A stretch of 64,000 bases of DNA from Alphaproteobacteria bacterium. GTDB lineage: Bacteria > Pseudomonadota > Alphaproteobacteria > UBA828. A program made the position numbers and the translations under genes. Every line of letters begins with the position of its first letter. Within the stretch, counting starts at the first letter, position 1. The notes under the pieces were generated by a model. It was not told the origin of the DNA. It ran no database searches and saw nothing but the letters and a program-made list of their open reading frames with translations. Shown one piece after another: positions 58,136 to 64,000 of this stretch. The stretch lies in contig CBDCRW010000005.1 of NCBI GenBank assembly GCA_965221125.1, forward strand, positions 640,001 through 704,000, read 5' to 3'.

Positions 58136-59680
58136 ATGAACGATGCGGCGCCCGCCATTGAGGTCGAGGGCCTCTCCAAGCGGTTCGACGCGACTGTCGC
58201 CCTCGACGACGTAACGTTTTCCATCCCCCAGGGCGAAATCCGCGCGCTGATCGGCGAGAACGGCGCCGGCAAGTCCACCCTCGTCAAGATCCTGGCGGGG
58301 CTGGTCCGCGAGGACACCGGCTCCATCCGCGTGTTCGGCGAGGACGCGAGCATCGGGCGGCCCGCCCGCGCCCACAGGTTCGGCATTCAGACCGCGTTTC
58401 AGGAAATGACCCTGATCGACGATCTGACCGTCACCCAGAACATGCTGCTGCCCTACGAGCCGCTGGTGGCGGGGCAGATCGACCGGCGCGGGAGCAAGCG
58501 CGCCGTGGTGCAGCACTTCGCCCGGCTCGGGCTCGAGGACGTGGACCCCAACGCGATGGTGAGCGACCTCGCGCTGTCGACCCGCCAGAAGATCGAGATC
58601 GCCAAGGCGGTCGCACGCGAGCCCCGGGTGCTGCTGCTGGACGAGCCCACCTCGACGCTCTCGGCCTCCGACGTCGACTGGCTCGGCGACCTCATCGAGA
58701 GCCTCAACGTGGACGGCGTGACCATCGTCTTCATCTCGCATCGCATGGCGGAGGTGCGCCGCTTCTGCCAGAGCCTCACCGTGCTGCGCAACGGCCGGCA
58801 CGTGGGCTCCTACGGGATCGACGAGGTGACTGACGACGAGGTGGTGAGCCTCGTCATCGGCCGCTCCCTCGGCGCGATCTATCCCGAGCGCGAGAACTAC
58901 CGCCAGGCCGACGCGGCGACGCCGGCCTTCGCGGGCGAAGGGCTCACCATCGGGGGCACGCTGGACGATCTCTCGTTCCAGCTCTGGCCCGGCGAGGTGC
59001 TCGGCATCGGCGCGCTCCAGGGCATGGGCCAGCGCGAGCTGTTCGAGGCGCTCTTCGGCGAGCGCGGCGTGGACAGCGGCACCATCGCGCTCGGCGGCAA
59101 GCCGCTCACGCTCGCCTCGCCGGCGGACGCGGTGCGCGCCGGCATCAGCATGGTGCCGGAGGACCGCAAGACCGAGGCGCTGTTCCTCAGGCTCACCGGG
59201 GGCGCCAACGCCTCGATCCCGATCATCGACCGCTTCGCGTCGGCCGGCTGGATCGACCGCAAGGCCGAGGCCGCCGCCGTGGACGAGGTGCTGAACGACC
59301 TGCAGGTGCACCCCCGCGCGCTCTACAAGACCGCGTCGTCGTTCTCCGGCGGCAACCAGCAGAAGATCGCCATCGCCAAGTGGCTGCTGGCGCGGAGCCA
59401 GGTGCTGCTCACGTTCGATCCGACGCGGGGCGTGGACATCGGCACCAAGCACGAGATCTACGTGCTGATCCGCGCGCTCGCCAGGGCCGGCGTCGCAATC
59501 CTCTACTACACGACCGAGATTCCGGAACTGGTGAACATCTGCGACCGGGTGCTGGTCATGTATCGCGGCCGCGCCGTGAAGGAACTGATCGGCGACGAGA
59601 TCACCGAGCAGGCGATCATGGGCTACGCGCTCGGCGCCGAGCGGCCGGCCGACGCGGCGCAGCCGGGAGCGGCCCCGTGA
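58136..59680 (+). CDS. Sugar ABC transporter ATP-binding protein (RbsA-like, two domains)
   Basis: GENGAGKST, LLDEPT, VPEDRK, SGGNQQK, DPTRGVDIG. Confidence 0.93.
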   Translation: MNDAAPAIEVEGLSKRFDATVALDDVTFSIPQGEIRALIGENGAGKSTLVKILAGLVREDTGSIRVFGEDASIGRPARAHRFGIQTAFQEMTLIDDLTVTQNMLLPYEPLVAGQIDRRGSKRAVVQHFARLGLEDVDPNAMVSDLALSTRQKIEIAKAVAREPRVLLLDEPTSTLSASDVDWLGDLIESLNVDGVTIVFISHRMAEVRRFCQSLTVLRNGRHVGSYGIDEVTDDEVVSLVIGRSLGAIYPERENYRQADAATPAFAGEGLTIGGTLDDLSFQLWPGEVLGIGALQGMGQRELFEALFGERGVDSGTIALGGKPLTLASPADAVRAGISMVPEDRKTEALFLRLTGGANASIPIIDRFASAGWIDRKAEAAAVDEVLNDLQVHPRALYKTASSFSGGNQQKIAIAKWLLARSQVLLTFDPTRGVDIGTKHEIYVLIRALARAGVAILYYTTEIPELVNICDRVLVMYRGRAVKELIGDEITEQAIMGYALGAERPADAAQPGAAP

Positions 59681-61755
59681 GCGATATCCCGGCCACGCGC
59701 CTGCCGCGGCTCTCCTGGCAGCAGGGGCTTGCGCGGAACCGGCGGCTCCTGGTCGCGGTCACGGCCTTCATCGGCATCTTCGCCTGCCTCGACGTGATCT
59801 CGCCCGGCCCGATCAGCTATTTCGAGATCAACTTCCTCTCGTCCAACACCGGGCCGCTGGCCTTCGCCGCCATGGGCCAGACGGTGGTGTTCCTGATCGG
59901 CGGGTTCGATCTCTCCTGCGGCGCGGTGCTCTCACTGGTCAACGTGATCATGGCGCTGCACACCACCGATTCCCTGTGGAGCCAGGTGCTGATGTGCTTC
60001 GCGGGCCTCGGCATCGGGGCTGCCGTCGGCGCCGTCAACGGCTTCTTCATCGCCTACATGCGGCTGCAGCCGGTGGTGGTCACGCTGGCGGTGATGTTCA
60101 TCATCCTGGGGCTAAACCTGCTGCTGATGCCGGACCCGGGCGGCTACATCCCCTACGGCCTCTCGATGGTCTTCACCGGCGACCTGATCCCCGACGGCTT
60201 CCCTGCAGCGCTCCTCGTCATCCTGCTGGCGCTAGGGCTGTGGGCGCTCATCAAGCGCTCGCGCTTCGGCACCGCGCTCTACGCCGTCGGCAGCAACGAG
60301 GACGCCGCCTTCGCCAACGGCATCTCGGTCGCGCGGACCAAGTTCTTCGGCTACACGCTGGCCGGCACCTTCTACGGCGCGGGCGGGGTCTTCCTCAGCG
60401 CGCAGACCAGCTCCGGCGATCCGCTGGTGGGCAGCGGCATGCTGCTCCTCATCTTCGCCGCGACCATCCTGGGCGGGACGCGAATCGGCGGCGGCGAGGG
60501 CGGCTGCCTCGGCACCGTGTTCGCGGCGTTCACGCTGATGCTGATCTCGAACGTGCTGATCGTGCTCAACTGGTCGCCCAACGTCATGCCGATCACGGAA
60601 GCCGTAATCCTGCTGCTGGCGGTGATCGGCGCCTCCATCGGCCGCGACACGTCCTTGGCCGAGTACTGGCGGGTGACCGGCCTCAAGATATCGGGGCTCC
60701 GGCACCGGAGCCTCCCCTCCTTCCACGGCAGCGCGCGGGCCAACGCGGGCAAGCTCGCCACGAGCTGGACCCCGCGGCCGAGCGACGAGCTGAAGGGGCC
60801 GCAGCTCTGGCAATGGACGACGAAGAACTGGGACGTGCTCCGCCTGATGGTGCCGGCGTGGACACTGCTGGTCGTGGTCTACATCCTCGTGGTCGCGGTG
60901 ATCGGCGGCGAGAGCGTGAGCGTCCACTACCTCAACTCGCTGCTGACGCTGGCGCTCTTCCTCGCCGTGCTCGGTCTCGGCCAGGGCGCGGTGGTGCTCA
61001 CCGGCGGGCTCGACCTCTCGGTGCCGCACACATTAGCCTTCACCGGCGTGGTGCTGGCGGCCGTCTGCAACGGGATGGACGCGCCGGCCTACTGGGCGGT
61101 GCCGATGGTGCTGGCGATCGGCATCGGCGTCGGCCTCTTCAACGGCATCGGCGTGGTGCTCTTCGGCATGCCGGCGATCGTCGTCACGCTCGCCACCAAC
61201 GGCATCATGCAGGGCGCGGGGCTCCTCTTTACCGGCGGCATTCCCACCGGGCGCTCGCCGCCGGCGCTGGTGTGGTTCTTCACCGAGCGGCTGGCCGGGC
61301 TCGCGCCCGCCGCCTGGTTCCTCCTCGCCTTCGCCGGCGTCGCCTACGTCGTGCTGCACCGCACCACCTTCGGCCGGCGCGTCTTCGCGGTCGGCAACAG
61401 CGCGCGGGTGGCGCGGCTCTCGGGCGTGCGCGTCGACTGGACGACGCTCGGCGTCTACGTGCTGAGCGGCTTCTGCTCGGCGCTGGCCGGCGTGCTGATG
61501 ACCGGCTTCTCCACCGTCTCCTTCCTCAACATGGGCCAGCGCTTCCTGCTGCCGGCGATCGCCGTCGTGCTGGTGGGCGGCACGCTCGCCATCGGCGGGC
61601 GCGGGCACTATCTCGGCATATTCGGCGGCGCGCTGCTGCTGACGGCGGTGGGCACGCTGGTCTCGGGCTCGGAGCTTCACTTCGCCTGGCGCGACATCAT
61701 CTTCGGCATCGTTGTCCTCGGCGCCGTCCTGACGCTCCGCGAACGTGCGAGTTGA
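59677..61755 (+). CDS. Fused double ABC permease (two RbsC-like domains)
   Basis: GGFDLS and GGLDLS repeats, two AVG.N..AA.SG-type loops; GTG overlapping upstream TGA. Confidence 0.88.
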   Translation: MSDIPATRLPRLSWQQGLARNRRLLVAVTAFIGIFACLDVISPGPISYFEINFLSSNTGPLAFAAMGQTVVFLIGGFDLSCGAVLSLVNVIMALHTTDSLWSQVLMCFAGLGIGAAVGAVNGFFIAYMRLQPVVVTLAVMFIILGLNLLLMPDPGGYIPYGLSMVFTGDLIPDGFPAALLVILLALGLWALIKRSRFGTALYAVGSNEDAAFANGISVARTKFFGYTLAGTFYGAGGVFLSAQTSSGDPLVGSGMLLLIFAATILGGTRIGGGEGGCLGTVFAAFTLMLISNVLIVLNWSPNVMPITEAVILLLAVIGASIGRDTSLAEYWRVTGLKISGLRHRSLPSFHGSARANAGKLATSWTPRPSDELKGPQLWQWTTKNWDVLRLMVPAWTLLVVVYILVVAVIGGESVSVHYLNSLLTLALFLAVLGLGQGAVVLTGGLDLSVPHTLAFTGVVLAAVCNGMDAPAYWAVPMVLAIGIGVGLFNGIGVVLFGMPAIVVTLATNGIMQGAGLLFTGGIPTGRSPPALVWFFTERLAGLAPAAWFLLAFAGVAYVVLHRTTFGRRVFAVGNSARVARLSGVRVDWTTLGVYVLSGFCSALAGVLMTGFSTVSFLNMGQRFLLPAIAVVLVGGTLAIGGRGHYLGIFGGALLLTAVGTLVSGSELHFAWRDIIFGIVVLGAVLTLRERAS

Positions 61756-61867
61756 CCGGGTAGACCGTGCCCGGCTTGCGGCGCCTGGGGCGCGCGGGTA
61801 GCCTCTCGCCCGCACGCGCGAGCGGGCTGACGCTCCGCGCTGCACAGTGATCGTAAGCCCGGTGCCC

Positions 61868-63229
61868 ATGCAGAAACTCCTGATCGCGAACCGGGGCGAG
61901 ATAGCCTGCCGGATCATGCGGAGCGCGCGCTCGCTCGGTATCGCGACGGTCGCGGTCTATTCCGAGGCCGACGCCGACGCCCGTCACGTGGCCCAGGCCG
62001 ACGAGGCGCTCCCCATCGGGCCGGCGGCCGCGAAGGAGAGCTACCTGGTCGCCGACAAGATCATCGCGGCGGCGCGCGAGAGCGGCGCCGATGCGATCCA
62101 TCCGGGCTACGGCTTCCTCGCCGAGAACCCCTCTTTCGCGCAGGCGGTGGAGGACGCGGGCCTCGTCTGGGTCGGACCGACGGCGGAGAGCATCGCCGCC
62201 ATGGGCGACAAGGAGCGCGCGCGGACCATCGCGCGGGACGCGGGCCTTCCCGTCGTCCCCGGCAGCGCGCGGCTCACGGCGGACGATCTCTCCGGACTCG
62301 ACGAGATGGCGCAGGCGGTGGGCTTCCCCCTGCTGGTGAAGGCGTCCGCCGGCGGCGGCGGCATCGGCATGCGGCAGGTGGACGACCCGGCCAAGCTAGC
62401 CGACGTGGTCGGCGCGACCCAGACCATGGCCGAGCGCGCGTTCGGCGACGGCACGGTCTACCTGGAGAAGCTGGTGCTCCAGCCGCGCCACGTGGAGATC
62501 CAGGTCTTCGGGCACGGCGACGGGCGCGGCTTCCACCTCATGGAGCGCGAGTGCTCGGTGCAGCGGCGCTTCCAGAAGATCGTCGAGGAGGTGCCGTCCC
62601 CGGCAGTGGACCCGGCGCTGCGCGCGCGCATGACCGATGCCGCGCTCGCCCTGGTGGAGCGGGAGCGCTACCGCGGCGCCGGCACGGTCGAGTTCATCCT
62701 GGCGCCGGACGGCGCGTTCTACTTCCTGGAGATGAACACGCGCATCCAGGTCGAGCACCCGGCGACGGAGATGATCACCGGCCTCGACCTGGTGGGCCTG
62801 CAGCTCCGCCTCGCGCGGGGCGAGGACCTGTCGGCACTCGCCGCGCCGGCAGACGGGCCCGACGGCCACGCCATCGAGTGCCGCATCTATGCCGAGAACC
62901 CGGACAGGAATTTCCTGCCCTCGCCCGGCCTGCTGGAGCGCTTCGCGCCGCCGCCGGAGGGAGAGGGCATCCGGCTGGATACCGGCGTGGCCGAGGGCGA
63001 CCGCATCACGCCCTACTACGACCCCATGATCGCCAAGCTCGTGGCCCACGGCGGCGACCGCGCTGCCGCCATCGACAAGATGCTGACGGCCCTCGGCGAA
63101 TTCCGTATAGAGGGGATCGTCACCAACATCGACTTCCTGCGCCGGGTTGTCGACCACGACGCCTTCCGCGCCGGCCGCACGCACACCGGCTTCGTGGACG
63201 AGCATCGGTCGGACCTGATGGCCGCCTGA
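61868..63229 (+). CDS. Biotin carboxylase subunit
   Basis: LIANRGEIA, HPGYGFLAEN, GGGGIGM, RECSVQRR.QK, FLEMNTRIQVEHP, YDPMIAK. Confidence 0.94.
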   Translation: MQKLLIANRGEIACRIMRSARSLGIATVAVYSEADADARHVAQADEALPIGPAAAKESYLVADKIIAAARESGADAIHPGYGFLAENPSFAQAVEDAGLVWVGPTAESIAAMGDKERARTIARDAGLPVVPGSARLTADDLSGLDEMAQAVGFPLLVKASAGGGGIGMRQVDDPAKLADVVGATQTMAERAFGDGTVYLEKLVLQPRHVEIQVFGHGDGRGFHLMERECSVQRRFQKIVEEVPSPAVDPALRARMTDAALALVERERYRGAGTVEFILAPDGAFYFLEMNTRIQVEHPATEMITGLDLVGLQLRLARGEDLSALAAPADGPDGHAIECRIYAENPDRNFLPSPGLLERFAPPPEGEGIRLDTGVAEGDRITPYYDPMIAKLVAHGGDRAAAIDKMLTALGEFRIEGIVTNIDFLRRVVDHDAFRAGRTHTGFVDEHRSDLMAA

Positions 63230-63253
63230 ACGCCGGCTCGAGAAAGCAGCGCC

Positions 63254-64000
63254 ATGATCTACGAAGAAGCCAAATTCCTGCCGGGCGGCGACCGCTACGT
63301 GCTGATCGAGTTCGGCAACGAGATGAACCTCGAGCTGAACTTCATCGCGCAGGGGCTGGCGGCGCGCATCGTCGCCGACAAGACCAAGGGCATCGTCGAG
63401 ACCGCGCCCTGCTTCGCCTCGATGCTGGTCCACTACGAGCCGCGCGATATCTCCTACGACGACGTGGTGAAGGAGCTGAAGGCGCTGATCGCGAGCCTCG
63501 GCTCCACCGACGACATCGAGCTCGACAGCCGGCTCTTCCTGTTCGAGACCATGTATCTCGACCCCTGGACGAAGGAGTGCATCGACGACTACAGCGAGAA
63601 GATCACGCCCAAGGAGTACGACCCGGACCTGGTGGCGCGGCTCAACGGCCTCGCCGACCGCGACCAGCTCGTCCGCGTCCATTCAAGCTCGGAGTACTGG
63701 GTCGCCTCCCTCGGCTTCTGGCCGGGCCTGCCATTCCTCCAGCCGCTCGACCCGCGGGCGATGATCACGGTGCCCAAGTACAATCCGCCCCGCACATGGA
63801 CGCCGCAGGGGACGGTCGGCATGGGGGGGTCCGCGAGCGCGATCTACCCGGTCAACACGCCGGGCGGCTATCAGCTCCTCGGCCGCACGCCGGTGCCGAT
63901 CTGGGACACCGAGAAGCGCTTCGACGTCTTCGGCGGGGACATCGTGCTCTTCCAGCCCGGCGACCGGATCAAGTTCGTGCCCGTGACCCAGGAGGGCTAC
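63254..64000 (+). CDS. Carboxyltransferase-domain protein (urea carboxylase / allophanate hydrolase subunit 1 / PxpB-like), runs off window
   Basis: MIYEEAKFLPGGDRYVLIEFG, GFWPGLP, PKYNPPRTWTP.G, IYP..TPGGYQL.GRTP; no stop before window end. Confidence 0.85.
   Translation, partial: MIYEEAKFLPGGDRYVLIEFGNEMNLELNFIAQGLAARIVADKTKGIVETAPCFASMLVHYEPRDISYDDVVKELKALIASLGSTDDIELDSRLFLFETMYLDPWTKECIDDYSEKITPKEYDPDLVARLNGLADRDQLVRVHSSSEYWVASLGFWPGLPFLQPLDPRAMITVPKYNPPRTWTPQGTVGMGGSASAIYPVNTPGGYQLLGRTPVPIWDTEKRFDVFGGDIVLFQPGDRIKFVPVTQEGY

Overview
High-GC bacterial chromosome segment, most likely alphaproteobacterial (plsY-dprA-topA-rnr gene order, TAGAGCG...CGCTCTA palindromic intergenic elements). 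1-37 kb and 53.8-64 kb hold housekeeping and catabolic genes (dehydrogenases, amidase, M20 hydrolase, GGT, two ABC importers, biotin carboxylase system). The outstanding feature is a compact sterol biosynthesis cluster at 40.1-50.3 kb: SdmB-like SDR, SdmA-like Rieske oxygenase, ERG4/ERG24-family reductase, CYP51, a single-ORF squalene epoxidase-oxidosqualene cyclase fusion (DCTAE motif), a sterol C-24 methyltransferase and an EBP/EXPERA-like membrane protein. Together they predict de novo synthesis of C-24-alkylated, 'eukaryote-type' sterols in a bacterium. The cluster sits in an accessory region with an MNT/HEPN-like pair and two independent IS insertions (IS256 and IS66-like, each with its own 8-bp target duplication). 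Other accessory items: an ISAs1 transposase fused to DUF4338 (10-bp target duplication), a decayed IS1595 element carrying an intact methylase-endonuclease pair inside an ABC operon, an orphan Mu gp27-like (DUF3486) gene next to a higher-order 10-bp repeat array, and a three-domain Rid protein. No rRNA, tRNA or CRISPR array was seen. All family assignments come from motif recognition by eye; no database searches were run.
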